Below, piece by piece: positions 9,352-19,709 of a stretch of DNA of 60,600 nucleotides. The stretch covers positions 1-60,600 of the forward strand of contig JAWXBX010000234.1 of assembly GCA_034440415.1 (NCBI GenBank), given 5' to 3'. The translations under genes were made by a program, and so were the position numbers. The notes beneath the pieces are model-generated. The model was given only the letters and a program-made list of their open reading frames with translations. It did no database searches and was not told where the DNA came from. Numbering within the stretch: the first letter of the stretch is position 1; each line of letters opens with the position of its first letter. The stretch is from Gemmatimonadota bacterium (lineage in GTDB: Bacteria; Gemmatimonadota; Gemmatimonadetes; Gemmatimonadales; GWC2-71-9).

Positions 9352-9615
9352 ATGGATCTCACGAACCTGCTCATTCAAGCGCTGTCCGGCGCCGTCGGTG
9401 GCAACCTCGGTGGACTCCTCAACAAGGCCAAGAGCCTCGGACCGCTACTCAATTCCGTGCTGGGCGCCGTCGGCGGGATTGGTGGCGGCCAGGTACTTGG
9501 CGGCCCGCTGACGGATCTGCTGGGAGGAAACGCCACGGTGGGTTACGGGGCCGCCTCCGCGCTGGTCGGGCTGCTTCTCCCGCTGATCGCGAGCTATTTC
9601 AAGAAGAAGCCCTGA
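9352..9615 (+). CDS. Small glycine-rich hypothetical membrane protein
   Basis: 87 aa with an ATG start, a Gly/Leu-rich body and a C-terminal hydrophobic helix plus KKKP tail. A strong terminator follows. Confidence 0.55.
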   Translation: MDLTNLLIQALSGAVGGNLGGLLNKAKSLGPLLNSVLGAVGGIGGGQVLGGPLTDLLGGNATVGYGAASALVGLLLPLIASYFKKKP

Positions 9616-9637
9616 GCAGCGTGGTGGTCCGATGTAC

Positions 9638-9673
9638 AGCGCGGGGCCTCCTCGGGCCCCGCGCTCGGTTTTC
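9638..9673 (+). terminator. Rho-independent terminator
   Basis: An 11-bp GC stem, AGCGCGGGGCC (9638-9648) paired with GGCCCCGCGCT (9655-9665), with a 6-nt loop, followed by cggTTTTcc. Confidence 0.7.
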
Positions 9674-9982
9674 CGGTCAGGTCATCAGGCACTGCGCCGG
9701 CTGGCGCCCCGCTGACCGCCTCGGCTACCCATACGTTCGATCCTTCCTTCAGAGCTGGATCGAAGCGCAACAGTCTGCCTTGTCGCGCTCCAGCGTGCAG
9801 AACGACAGTTGCCTCCTAAGGAGTTGAAGTGGGGTGGTCCGCCATTCTAGCTCGCGCGCATCTCCCGCTTGATGCAAGTTGATGACAGACGGCCGTCGGG
9901 CGCATTACCGACAGGACTCACCAGCACCTCACGGCCCGCCACGCGGCGTCTGGCCTTGGCACGCACTCCTAATCCCGCATTC

Positions 9983-10450
9983 ATGACCGACAGCCTCCAG
10001 CGACTCCTCAACACCGAGCTTCCGATCACGCGGCATCTCGGACTCCGGGTCGTGGTCGCCGATCCTGAGCGGGTGATCCTCCGGGCGCCGCTGGCGCCGA
10101 ACCGCAATCACCGGGGCACCGCGTTCGCGGGCAGCCTGAATGCGATCGCGACGCTCGCCGGCTGGTCATGGCTGACCCTGTTCCTTCGGCACCACCAGTT
10201 GGCGGGGCAGGTCGTCCTGCAGGACAGCAGCATCACCTACGCTCGGCCCGTCGCGACCGACTTTACCGCGACCTGCCCGGCGCCCGAGGCTGCAACCATC
10301 GCCCGGTTCGTGGCGACCTTTGCTCGGAGTGGCCGAGGCCGGCTGCGGCTCACGGTGGAGATCGCGGATGAGGCAGGGGCCGCGGGCAGCTTCACGGGAC
10401 GGTATGTGGCGGAGCGGCTCAAGGCACGTACTGGGGCCACACCGGCATGA
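9983..10450 (+). CDS. YiiD C-terminal-domain-like putative thioesterase (hotdog fold)
   Basis: ATG at 9983 (MTDSLQRLL...). Shows ...LPITRHLGL.V...ILRAPLAPN.NHRGTAFAGSL.A.ATLAGW... The upstream part of the 193-aa track ORF looks non-coding. Confidence 0.7.
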   Translation: MTDSLQRLLNTELPITRHLGLRVVVADPERVILRAPLAPNRNHRGTAFAGSLNAIATLAGWSWLTLFLRHHQLAGQVVLQDSSITYARPVATDFTATCPAPEAATIARFVATFARSGRGRLRLTVEIADEAGAAGSFTGRYVAERLKARTGATPA

Positions 10451-10488
10451 CCCCTCGTCACCCATTCTGCTTCCCCTCACGCTGAGGT

Positions 10489-10917
10489 TTGTCCATGACC
10501 TGGCTCTCTATTGCACTCGTCGTGCTCGGCAACGTTGTCTACCACCTTGGGCAGCGCGCCATCCCGCGCGACGCCAACCCCGTCGTCGCCACCCTTGCCG
10601 CGTATCTGGTCGCGATCGTTGCGACGCTGGCGACCATTCCCCTGCTGGCGCGCGGCACGCCGCTCACCACCGCCTGGCGTACCCTGAATTGGAGCACCAT
10701 GCTGGTGGGCATCGGCATCGTCGCAGTGGAGATCGGGTTCCTGCTCGCCTATCGTTCGGGCTGGACGCTCGGCAACGCCTCGCTCGTCGCCAATGCGACG
10801 GTGGCGGTTGTCCTGCTGGGGCTTGGCGTGCTCGTCTTTCGGGAACCGGTCTCGCTCACCCGGCTCTCCGGCGTGGGGCTTTGCCTGGCCGGGCTGTGGC
10901 TGGTGACGCAAGCATAA
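10489..10917 (+). CDS. EamA-like / DMT-superfamily half-size membrane protein
   Basis: 142 aa with 4-5 predicted TM helices and a C-terminal ...[23 protein letters not shown] typical of EamA domains. ATG 10495 is an alternative start. Confidence 0.65.
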   Translation: MSMTWLSIALVVLGNVVYHLGQRAIPRDANPVVATLAAYLVAIVATLATIPLLARGTPLTTAWRTLNWSTMLVGIGIVAVEIGFLLAYRSGWTLGNASLVANATVAVVLLGLGVLVFREPVSLTRLSGVGLCLAGLWLVTQA

Positions 10918-10963
10918 GCCCGAGTCAGCCGATGCTCGGTTCCCATGGACTTACTTCAGTGAA

Positions 10964-11647
10964 ATGGCATCAACGATGAGCACACCCGCGCCGGTGTTCA
11001 ATCCGCTCTCGACCTACGAGGAGTATCCGGTGGACGAGATGCTGACCCGCAGTCGGCGGTTCGCCGTCGAGATGCAACGTCGCCGCACCGTACGGCAGTT
11101 CAGCGACCGATCCGTTCCCCGTGCCATTCTGGAAGCGTGCCTCGAGGCCGCCGGCACGGCGCCGAGCGGGGCCAACCAGCAGCCGTGGCATTTTGTCGTC
11201 GTCTCCGACGCCGCCGTCAAGCGCCAGATCCGTCTTGCGGCAGAGGAGGAAGAAGCTCGTTTCTACGAGACGGCCCCGGCCGAATGGCTGGCGGCGCTCG
11301 CCCCGCTGGGCACTGACGCGCAGAAGCCGTATCTGGAGGTGGCGCCATACCTGATCGCCATCTTTGCGGAGCGCTACGGAACCACGCTTAGCGGTGAGCG
11401 CCAGCCGCACTACTACGTCATGGAATCGGTGGGGATCGCCACCGGGATCCTCATTACGGCGTTGCACCACGCCGGGCTGGCTACGCTGACGCATACGCCA
11501 AACCCGATGGGCTTCCTGAACCAGCTCCTCGGTCGACCAGCAGCGGAGCGCCCGGTCATGCTGCTGGTGGCGGGATACCCCGCCCCCGACGCGGTCGTGC
11601 CGGACATTCGCCGGAAACCGCTGGAGAGCATCGTCACCTATCGCTGA
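10964..11647 (+). CDS. Nitroreductase-family flavoprotein, iodotyrosine-deiodinase-like subgroup
   Basis: 227 aa. Shows [11 protein letters not shown]...[25 protein letters not shown]...K..I and a C-terminal ...[11 protein letters not shown]. Confidence 0.85.
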   Translation: MASTMSTPAPVFNPLSTYEEYPVDEMLTRSRRFAVEMQRRRTVRQFSDRSVPRAILEACLEAAGTAPSGANQQPWHFVVVSDAAVKRQIRLAAEEEEARFYETAPAEWLAALAPLGTDAQKPYLEVAPYLIAIFAERYGTTLSGERQPHYYVMESVGIATGILITALHHAGLATLTHTPNPMGFLNQLLGRPAAERPVMLLVAGYPAPDAVVPDIRRKPLESIVTYR

Positions 11648-11679
11648 CGGACGCACGCCGAACGATCGCCAGGACATCC

Positions 11680-11964
11680 ATGAATAGCATCGCGGACGGA
11701 GATTGTGAGCAGGCACGCGAGCGGGCCATCGAGAGCCTGACGACTCTTACCACCGCCGATCCGGCGACGCTGGCGACCGATCATTGCAAGTGCGGTCAGA
11801 TGACCGCCCGGGATTGGTCCCGCTGGGCCCATCGGCACGTCAGTCATCACCTGCGGCAGTTCGGGCTGGACGACGAAGTGCCGAGCGGAGCGGAAAGTGA
11901 ACGTCATCATCTTTGGCGCCAGCGGCATGGTCGGGGCCGGCGCGCTGCTGGAGTGCCTCGCTGA
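11680..11964 (+). CDS. Hypothetical small protein (uncertain)
   Basis: 94-aa ORF with plausible composition in its first ~70 aa. The 3' end overlaps the next gene by 68 nt. No family recognised. Confidence 0.35.
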   Translation: MNSIADGDCEQARERAIESLTTLTTADPATLATDHCKCGQMTARDWSRWAHRHVSHHLRQFGLDDEVPSGAESERHHLWRQRHGRGRRAAGVPR

Positions 11965-12565
11965 TCCGCGGGTGACCTCCGTCCTCGTCATCGGACGCAC
12001 CGGTTGCGGCGTCACCCATCCGCAGCTGACGGAGATTCTGCACCACGATTTCTTCGACTACACCGCACTGCAGCCCAGGCTGGCCGGCCTGGACGCCTGC
12101 CTCTTCTGCCTCGGCGTGTCGGCGGCGGGGATGGACGAGGCGAAGTACCATCATCTGACATACGATCTGACGCTGGCCGCCGCCCGTGCGCTGCGATCGC
12201 TCAACCCGGGCCTGACGTTCTGCTACATCTCTGGAGCGGGCACCGACAGCACGGAGCGCGGTCGCAATATGTGGGCGCGGGTCAAGGACAAGACGGAGAA
12301 TGCGCTGCTGGCGCTGCCGTTCAAGGCGGCATTCATGTTCCGCCCCGGATACATCCAGCCGATGAAAGGGGTGCAGACCAAGGTGACCCTCTACAAGGCG
12401 GTGTACGCCGTGCTCAGTCCGCTGTACCCGATTCTGCGCCGCCTGTCACCGAGATCATTCACTACGTCGGTGAACGTCGGGCGCGCGCTGATCAACGTCG
12501 TCGATCGAGGCTATCCCAGGAACATCCTGGTCACCGACGACATCAACCGGGCGGCCGAAAGTTGA
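11897..12565 (+). CDS. NAD(P)-binding Rossmann-fold protein (atypical SDR / NAD(P)H-binding family)
   Basis: GTG start. The N-terminal [14 protein letters not shown] glycine motif must be included. 222 aa. Confidence 0.8.
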   Translation: MNVIIFGASGMVGAGALLECLADPRVTSVLVIGRTGCGVTHPQLTEILHHDFFDYTALQPRLAGLDACLFCLGVSAAGMDEAKYHHLTYDLTLAAARALRSLNPGLTFCYISGAGTDSTERGRNMWARVKDKTENALLALPFKAAFMFRPGYIQPMKGVQTKVTLYKAVYAVLSPLYPILRRLSPRSFTTSVNVGRALINVVDRGYPRNILVTDDINRAAES

Positions 12566-12593
12566 CGGTGCGTCCACGGCGACGTCCATTCTT

Positions 12594-12866
12594 GTGGCGT
12601 CACCTCCACCGAGCGGCGATTCTCCTGGAGCATGCATGCGCAACTCAACTGTCGTTGGCCTCTTCTTCTGTGTCATCGGCCTGATCTTCCTGGTGCTCCG
12701 CCCGGTCTATCGTGTCCCGCTTGAGGGAAACACCCGGGACCTCGAAGCCACCGGTCCCCTCGAGGAGTACCGGCCGATTCCCGGCTGGGTCGGGCTGCTG
12801 TCGATTGCTATCGGCGCCGGTGGGATTGTCGTGGGACTGCGCCCGACACGGCGGAGGCGTCCATGA
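12594..12866 (+). CDS. Small hypothetical membrane protein (2 TM)
   Basis: 90-aa ORF with two hydrophobic helices. Its stop overlaps the next start (ATGA at 12863-12866). Confidence 0.45.
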   Translation: MASPPPSGDSPGACMRNSTVVGLFFCVIGLIFLVLRPVYRVPLEGNTRDLEATGPLEEYRPIPGWVGLLSIAIGAGGIVVGLRPTRRRRP

Positions 12867-13471
12867 TCCGACTCGCGAGATTCTGCGTCGCCCTGACGCT
12901 CGTCATGGTCGCATGTCCCGGCGTGCGGCTGCTGGCCCAGGGCATCACACCTGAACAGCAGGCGGCAGCGGCCGTACTCCCACTGCCCGCGACGATGCGG
13001 AGTGGAGCGGCCGTGATGACGATCGCCCGGGACGGGACGCTGCGTCCCCTCCGAGCCGGCACCAATGGCATGATCTGCCTGGCCGACACCCCCGCTGATT
13101 CACTCTTCGATGTGCGCTGCTACCATCAATCGTTCATGCCGCTCGTGACCCGGCGCCGCGTACTCGCACGGCTCGGCATGGCCGACGCGGACGTCACCCG
13201 GCAGATCGACACCGAAGTGCGTGATGGCACGCTCAAGCTGCCCGCCAGCCCGACCGCAGGCTACCGGATACTGGGGCCGATCGGCGGCTATGATGCCGTG
13301 ACGAACACCGCCACCGACGCAATCGATCGCTGGCAGTCGCTGCACATCCCCTACGCTACCGCCGCCGAATTGGGCGTTTCAGAAGAATCGGTCGGCATCG
13401 AGCCCTATGCGATGGCGTCGGGGAGCTGGTGGGCGCACGTGATGATCCTGGAGCTCCCGCTGCGGTACTGA
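12863..13471 (+). CDS. Hypothetical secreted protein
   Basis: 202 aa with an N-terminal signal peptide (MIRLARFCVALTLVMVAC...AQG). Composition is coding-like and no family is recognised. Confidence 0.6.
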   Translation: MIRLARFCVALTLVMVACPGVRLLAQGITPEQQAAAAVLPLPATMRSGAAVMTIARDGTLRPLRAGTNGMICLADTPADSLFDVRCYHQSFMPLVTRRRVLARLGMADADVTRQIDTEVRDGTLKLPASPTAGYRILGPIGGYDAVTNTATDAIDRWQSLHIPYATAAELGVSEESVGIEPYAMASGSWWAHVMILELPLRY

Positions 13472-13498
13472 AGCCGCGAGTGTCGACTGCGATGCGAA

Positions 13499-14453
13499 TC
13501 ACTGGAGAATGGCGCCCTGGGATTCGAATTGCGCCTCATCGAATGCGCGCCGCGCCGCTGGCTCCCGATAGAAGCTGTTGATGGCGTCAGTGCGCACGAT
13601 ATCGCCGCCACCGAACCGCTGGATGAAGGAACCGAAATCAATGGTCTGCTGCAGCGTGTCCACGGGGGTGCCGGCCCGGACAGTGGCGCGGGCCTGTTCC
13701 CGCGTGGATAGCAGGAGCTCCCGGACAAGATCGTTGTACCCGTAGTCCGTCATGCTGTGGCCATGACCCGGCACGATCCGGGTCGCCCGCATCTCCTTCA
13801 GCCGGTCAAGAGCGACAATCCACTCGCTGAAGCAGGCGGCGCTGGGAAATGGGCAGGGGACGGTGACCAGATCGCCGGTCAGCAGGACGCCAGCATCGGG
13901 AATGAACGCGATGGCGTCGCCCGCGGTATTGCCACGTCCTGTGCGCACCAGCTGCACCCGCCGGGTTCCCAGCATGATGGTCAGGCTGTCATCGAAGACC
14001 AGATCGGGCGCGGGAGGCGAAACTCTTCACCTGGCCGAGGTAACCCGGCACTTGTTCGAGGATGCCGGCGCGAGTTGCGGAAGTTCCGAGGACCAGGACC
14101 CCCGGAAATGCGCGCCGGTATTCCGCGTTGCCGAGATTGTGGTCTGGATGCCAGTGCGAGTTCACCACGAATCGCACCGGCTTGTCGGTCAATTTGCGGA
14201 GCTCGGCGATCTGGCGACGGGTCGCTCCGGGGATGTTTCCGGTATCGAAGACCAGGACGCCGTCCTCGCCGATCACCGCAATGGAATTGCCGGACTGGAA
14301 GCTGGAGCGCTCCTCCGGCGTGAGGAAGGCGTACACCCCTGTCGCCACCTGGATCGTCCGGTAGGTGTGTGGTCCTCCCTGCCCCGACGCGCTGGAGTGG
14401 GCATTCAGCCGCCGAATTGCCCCCCCGTCGTCCCGCAGGTATATCTCCACCAT
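13499..14453 (-). pseudogene. MBL-fold metallo-hydrolase split by a frameshift
   Basis: The N-terminal half is 13989..14453 (HWHPDH motif) and the C-terminal half is 13499..13975 (...GDLV...PGHGH...). The frames join as ...YLGQVKSF / ..PDLVFDDSLTIMLG.. around 13975-14015, implying a 1-nt indel. Confidence 0.75.
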
Positions 14454-16359
14454 GTCTCACCCAGGCACCTTCAGCGATCCGCTCTTCCATTCATTCCAGC
14501 TGGCACTGGCCGGTCGGTACTCCATCGACCGCGAGCTCGGTCGCGGCGGCATGGGGGTGGTCTATCTCGCCCGCGAGGTACACCTCGACCGCCCTGTTGC
14601 CATCAAGCTGCTCCCCCCCGACCGCGCCGTGGAGCCGACCCTCCGGGAACGCTTCCTCCGCGAGGCGCGCCTCGCTGCCAAGCTGTCCCACCCTAACATC
14701 ATCCCCATTCACGCCGTCGAGGACACCGGTGGCTTTGTGTTCTACGTGATGGCGTTCGTGGATGGAGAGACGCTGGCGGAACGAGTCCGCGCCCGCGGCC
14801 CGCTCCCCGGTTCAGAAGGGACCCGCGTCCTGCGCGAGGTCGCGTGGGCGCTGGCCCACGCCCACGGGCAGGGGCTGGTGCACCGCGATGTGAAACCGGA
14901 CAACATCCTGCTCGAGTCCGGCACCGGCCGGGTGCTGGTGGCGGACTTCGGCATCGCCGCGGCGGCGGGCGTCGCCGGGCCCGAGGGGATCGCGGGAACG
15001 CCAGAGTTCATGAGCCCGGAACAGGCCCTCGGCGGCCAGATCGACGCGCGGAGCGATCTCTACGGCCTCGGTGCCACCGCCTTCTACCTCTTTTCCGGCC
15101 GGCTCCCTTTCGATGGTGCGAGCGCCACCGAGATCCTCGCCAAGCAGGTCACCGAGCCACCACCGCCGCTTGCCTCACTCGGCCTCGCGGTGCCGCGCCG
15201 GCTGGCATCGCTGGTAGATCGCTGCCTGGCCAAGGACCCGGGCCATCGTCCGGAGAGCGCACTGGCGCTGGCCGAGCAGCTCGGGCTGGCGCTGGAACAG
15301 CGGCGCGAGCTGCCGGCCGCGCTCCGCGCTTTCGTCAAGCGCTATGGCCGGCTGGACGGCGGGGGCACGCTGATCGCCGGCTTCATGCTCCTTCCCGCAT
15401 CGATTGCTGTGTCAGCATTGCTCGGCGGGAGCGCGGGCTTCGCGACACTGTTTCTTGGGGCAACCGTCGCCCCGCTCGCCTACCTGGTACGTGCCGCCCG
15501 GCGGCTGACACTGCTGGGCTTTTCCCATCAGGATCTCGGCCCCGCCTTCCACGGAGAGATCGAGCAGGCGCGAGAGGAGCTGACGGTCGAGCATCGCGCG
15601 AAGTCAACGACACTGGAACGCGTCCTGGCACTCGCCAGCAAGGCAGGGGGAACGGTCTTGGCGTTGAGCGGCATCACGCTCACCCTCGTGCCCTTCGTCA
15701 TCCTGGGCGGCTGGTTGAACAACCTGGCCGCCGTCTGTGCCTTCTCCGGAGGGGCGACACTTCTCACCTCGATCGGGTATCTCGCGCTCTTGCAGCGGCG
15801 CCGGGACGTGGATACCGAGTTCTGGTCCCGGTTGTGGATGGGCCGCATCGGGCGACTGGCCTTCTCGATCGCCCGCAAGCTGCTGGGCAACCGCCGGCCC
15901 GAGCAGGCGATGACCCATCGGGCGACCGAGCTCTCGCTCGGCATGGCGGCGGAACAGCTCTTCGACAGCCTGCCGAAGGAGTCGCGTCAGGGGCTGGGGG
16001 ATCTACCGGTCCTGCTCCACCGGCTCCAGAGCGACGCGCAGCTGTTGCGGAAGCGGTACGCCGAACTGCAGGAGGTGCTGGCCGACATCGGCGACGCCGG
16101 CGCGGGCGAGCGGTACGCCGAACTGCGCGCCGCGCGCGATGCCATTCACGCCAAGCTGGCCGACGCGGTGGGCGCGCTGGAGATGATCCGCCTCAACCTG
16201 CTCCGGCTCCACGCCGGCTCGGCGACCGTCGCGGGACTCACCACCCATCTCGGGCTGGCCGCGGAGGTTTCGGCTGGAGTGGAACGCTTGATTGCGGCAC
16301 AGGGAGAGGTGGAGCGAAGCCTGGCGTTGCCGCGTCCGATGTCGGCGACGCCAGTTTGA
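14452..16359 (+). CDS. Membrane-anchored Ser/Thr protein kinase (Hanks type)
   Basis: ATG 14452 (MSHPGTF...). Kinase motifs are GRGGMGVVY, AIK, HRDVKPDNILL, DFGIA and GTPEFMSPEQ. The C-terminal ~330 aa have about 4 TM helices and a helical, Ala/Leu/Arg-rich tail. Confidence 0.9.
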   Translation: MSHPGTFSDPLFHSFQLALAGRYSIDRELGRGGMGVVYLAREVHLDRPVAIKLLPPDRAVEPTLRERFLREARLAAKLSHPNIIPIHAVEDTGGFVFYVMAFVDGETLAERVRARGPLPGSEGTRVLREVAWALAHAHGQGLVHRDVKPDNILLESGTGRVLVADFGIAAAAGVAGPEGIAGTPEFMSPEQALGGQIDARSDLYGLGATAFYLFSGRLPFDGASATEILAKQVTEPPPPLASLGLAVPRRLASLVDRCLAKDPGHRPESALALAEQLGLALEQRRELPAALRAFVKRYGRLDGGGTLIAGFMLLPASIAVSALLGGSAGFATLFLGATVAPLAYLVRAARRLTLLGFSHQDLGPAFHGEIEQAREELTVEHRAKSTTLERVLALASKAGGTVLALSGITLTLVPFVILGGWLNNLAAVCAFSGGATLLTSIGYLALLQRRRDVDTEFWSRLWMGRIGRLAFSIARKLLGNRRPEQAMTHRATELSLGMAAEQLFDSLPKESRQGLGDLPVLLHRLQSDAQLLRKRYAELQEVLADIGDAGAGERYAELRAARDAIHAKLADAVGALEMIRLNLLRLHAGSATVAGLTTHLGLAAEVSAGVERLIAAQGEVERSLALPRPMSATPV

Positions 16360-16391
16360 ATTGCCCGGGCGGGACCGGAGCGGGATGATGC

Positions 16392-17297
16392 CTACGCCGC
16401 GGCCGCCGGGCGCGCCAGAGTTTCCTGCTGCGCAGAGCGGAGCATCAGCACGGCGGCGTACACCACCACCACGATCACCAGCCAGCGAAGTGCCGTGAGC
16501 GGCAGGGATTTCACAACGAACGCGGCGAGCGGGACACCGAGCAATCCGCCAATCGCCAGTCCCAGTGCCACCGGGGCCGAATACGCCCGGCGCTTGATGA
16601 ACCGGGCGCTCGCGACGGGCATGAGAAAGGCGCAGGACCCCATCATGATGGGGAATGCCGCCGCCGGATCCATTCCGAGCAGACTGATGAGCGCCATGCA
16701 CGGGGCATAGAGCCCGATCCCGAGCGTCATGATCGCCCCGAGCACGAGATTGCCGACGATGCCAATCAGCAGACGCCACCCGTGAAGTTCGAGCGCGGTG
16801 CCCCCGACCGGAAACCACTTCAACTGGCTCATGAGCATGGCAGTCGCCGCCGTGAGCAGGGCGGCGCCCATGCCGAGTTGCACCGTACGGCGGGAGAAGT
16901 TGGCGACCAGGCCGGCGCCAAACCAGGCGCCAACGACGGAGCTTCCGATGAGCAGCACCAGCGTCGCGGGATCGACCGCGATCACCGAGATGTAGATGAA
17001 GGCCTGAAAGATCGTCGGCAGCGTGTGCCCGACGTTCAGCGTACCGGGATAGAGCTCATCGGGGAGCATCTTCCGGAACTTGAAGATGGCCGTCGAGGTG
17101 GCGAACGAGCCTATCCCCAGCGTGTCGAAGAAATTCGTGATGAAGCCGGTGATCAGGTGGCTCGCCGAGGGGGAAGGCGGCGGCTCACCCGGGCCGCGGG
17201 GAGCATGCAGCGATGAAATGAGGATGCCCAGATATGTGACGCCGAATCCGGCGAGCGCAACGAAAATGGCTGTCCTGGCAAAAAGGGCTGGGAACAC
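16392..17297 (-). CDS. TauE/SafE-like (DUF81) integral membrane transporter
   Basis: 301 aa with 7-8 TM helices and an internal two-fold pattern. The family call rests on overall architecture only. Confidence 0.6.
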   Translation of the reverse strand: MFPALFARTAIFVALAGFGVTYLGILISSLHAPRGPGEPPPSPSASHLITGFITNFFDTLGIGSFATSTAIFKFRKMLPDELYPGTLNVGHTLPTIFQAFIYISVIAVDPATLVLLIGSSVVGAWFGAGLVANFSRRTVQLGMGAALLTAATAMLMSQLKWFPVGGTALELHGWRLLIGIVGNLVLGAIMTLGIGLYAPCMALISLLGMDPAAAFPIMMGSCAFLMPVASARFIKRRAYSAPVALGLAIGGLLGVPLAAFVVKSLPLTALRWLVIVVVVYAAVLMLRSAQQETLARPAAAA

Positions 17298-17312
17298 CGC
17301 GGCCTTCCTCTC

Positions 17313-18416
17313 TCAGTCAACCGTGAAGATTGGATCACCGAGCACATCCATCCGGGGCTGCACGCCGAGGCCCGGCGCCGTGGAGGCCGCCATACGGCCA
17401 TTGATCCGCTGTGGTGCGCCGGTCGCAGTGCTGACGGTGACGTAGCTGTTGAAGTCGGTGGTGGAGAACAGCAGTTCGGGTGGGGTGCTGTGCGCCAGGT
17501 GGGCAATGGCGGCGGTGATGATATCTCCGCCCCAGGAGTCCTCGATCGTCATGGCGATGCCCAGGGAGAGGCAGAGGTCCCGAATCTGCCGTGCCCGGGT
17601 CAGCCCGCCGACCTTCGAGATCTTGAGATTGATGACGTCCATCGCCTGGTCCTGATGCCCGCGCAGCACCATCATGATGTCGTCGATCACTTCATCGAGC
17701 ACGAACGGACGGTCGGTGTGCCGTCGTACGGCCAGGCATTCCTCGTACCGCATGCAGGGCTGCTCGATATAGACATCGACGCTGCGGACAGCATCCGCCA
17801 CGCGGATCGCCTGGTGCTGGGTCCAGCCGGTATTGGCATCGGCGATAAGCACGTCGCCGGAGCGCAGCTTGACTGCCGCGGCCCGGATGCGCTCGATGTC
17901 GGTATCCGGATCGCCGCCGACCTTGAGCTGGAATTTGGTGTAGCCTTCGGCGCGATAGGTGCCGACCTTGGCCGCCATCTTCTCCGGCGTGTCCTGCGAG
18001 ATGGCCCGATAGAGCGCCACATCCTCTCCGACGCGGCCGCCCAGCAGCGTGACCACCGGTAGCCCGGTGGCGTGCCCCAGGATGTCCCAGCAGGCCATGT
18101 CGATGGCCGATTTCACATACGGGTGGCCGCGCAGGAGCTGGTCCATCCGCCGGTTCATGCTGGCCAGGGCGGTGGGATCCTGGCCGAGCAGATTCGGCGC
18201 CAATTCCGCGATGCCGGTACGCGCGCCGGCGGCGTAGGCCGGGAGGTACGCCGGTCCGAGTGGGCACACCTCTCCATATCCGGTGATGCCGGCATCGGTC
18301 GCGATGGCCACGATGGTGGAATCGAAGACATCGACGGAGTTGCCACCCGACCACTTGTAGCTGCCCTCGTGCAGCGGCAGGCCGACACGGTAGACCTTGA
18401 TCCCGGTGATCCGCAT
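17313..18416 (-). CDS. Enolase-superfamily enzyme (mandelate racemase / muconate lactonizing enzyme family)
   Basis: 367 aa. Metal-ligand and base motifs are present: [31 protein letters not shown] and EDSWGG. The usual KxK position reads QLK (FQLKVGG). Confidence 0.9.
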   Translation of the reverse strand: MRITGIKVYRVGLPLHEGSYKWSGGNSVDVFDSTIVAIATDAGITGYGEVCPLGPAYLPAYAAGARTGIAELAPNLLGQDPTALASMNRRMDQLLRGHPYVKSAIDMACWDILGHATGLPVVTLLGGRVGEDVALYRAISQDTPEKMAAKVGTYRAEGYTKFQLKVGGDPDTDIERIRAAAVKLRSGDVLIADANTGWTQHQAIRVADAVRSVDVYIEQPCMRYEECLAVRRHTDRPFVLDEVIDDIMMVLRGHQDQAMDVINLKISKVGGLTRARQIRDLCLSLGIAMTIEDSWGGDIITAAIAHLAHSTPPELLFSTTDFNSYVTVSTATGAPQRINGRMAASTAPGLGVQPRMDVLGDPIFTVD

Positions 18417-18659
18417 GCATGCTCCGTGGAATCGCTGCGTGGCTGACGCCGGCCGGCAGCATGATGCTGCGCGGGCTGCGCCCCGCGCCCGATGTGATTC
18501 GAGAGATGGACAGCAAGGTCAATCGCGGCCAGCAGAGTATGCCGCGACCCCGCGCCGTACGCAATACGACGCGTCGTGATCGACCGCCTCCCCGAGTCTT
18601 GCCAATCCCCGCTGTCGGCCGCAGTTTCGCGAGCATGACCTCACCGGCACAGGCTCGGC

Positions 18660-19640
18660 ATGAGCCCGCGTGACCGCTCGCCGCGCCACGCGAGCTTCGC
18701 ATTCATCGGGGGCGCCGCGCAGGTCCTGATGCTCACCGGGGCCGACGTCGAGCGGTATCTCGATCCGCGGCTGCTGCTTGAGGGGCTGGAAGCGGGCTTC
18801 GGGTGGCTGGAGCTGGGCGAGGTACAGACGCCCCCGCGGCCCAAGCTCCGGGTGGCAGACCGGGGATTCTCCCTGGCGATGTCAGCCTGGCGGCCGGGGA
18901 TGCAGCTGACCGTCAAGATCGTCAATGTCTTCGAGGGCAATCACGAGCTGGGGTTACCCAGCCACCAGGCGCTGATCGGTCTCTTCGATCCCGACACGGG
19001 GGCGCCCACCTGCGTCATGGACGGCGCCAGTATCACCGGCCTCCGCACGGCCGCCGCCGCGATGCTCTCGGTCCGGCTGTTGAGTCGGGCCGAATCCCGA
19101 ACTGCCACCGTGATCGGTGCCGGGGTACAGGGGCGAGACCATCTCCGCCTGTTGCCACTCGTCCGGAACATTGCGCGCATCAATGTCTGTTCCCGCAACC
19201 CCGAACAGGCACGGAAACTGGCGGCGGGAAGCGAGACGGCGCACGCCACCACCGATCTGGAGGCGGCGGTCCGCGAGTCGGACATCGTCTGCCTCGCCAC
19301 AGCGTCGCCGTCACCGGTCATTCAGGCCGAGTGGATCAAGCCCGGCGCGCATGTCACGTCAGTGGGATACGCACCTCCGGGCAGCGAACTCCCGCGGGAA
19401 CTCGCCAGACACCAACGGATCTTCGTCGAGACGCTCGACGCCTTTCAGCCGAGCCCGGTGGGATGCAGCGAGCTTGCCGGCCTGGACCCCGCTACCGGTA
19501 CGACGCTCGGTGCCGTCACGCTGGGCCAAAAGCCGGGCCGCCTGAGCCCGACCGAGATCACGGTCTACAAGGCGATGGGCAACGCCATGGAGGACATGGT
19601 AGCGGCCAATCTCGTCTTTCAGCGAGCCATCCATGAATAG
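18660..19640 (+). CDS. Ornithine cyclodeaminase / mu-crystallin family protein
   Basis: 326-aa ORF with the Rossmann motif VIGAGVQGRDHL and family-typical blocks. The true start may be ATG 18729 (MLTGADVERYL). Confidence 0.85.
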   Translation: MSPRDRSPRHASFAFIGGAAQVLMLTGADVERYLDPRLLLEGLEAGFGWLELGEVQTPPRPKLRVADRGFSLAMSAWRPGMQLTVKIVNVFEGNHELGLPSHQALIGLFDPDTGAPTCVMDGASITGLRTAAAAMLSVRLLSRAESRTATVIGAGVQGRDHLRLLPLVRNIARINVCSRNPEQARKLAAGSETAHATTDLEAAVRESDIVCLATASPSPVIQAEWIKPGAHVTSVGYAPPGSELPRELARHQRIFVETLDAFQPSPVGCSELAGLDPATGTTLGAVTLGQKPGRLSPTEITVYKAMGNAMEDMVAANLVFQRAIHE

Positions 19641-19709
19641 CCGCAGTGGCGGCCGTACTACGCCGATCCCGTGCCGCGCATCGGATTCGTCCATCTCCCG
19701 GAGCAGCTG

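Noticed and set aside
11897-11964. 68-nt overlap between the 94-aa ORF and the NAD(P)-binding gene as a programmed frameshift or fusion
   Set aside because: No slippery heptamer is evident. The tail of the small ORF turns Arg/Gly-rich (..[15 protein letters not shown]), suggesting that the true small gene, if real, ends earlier or is not coding.
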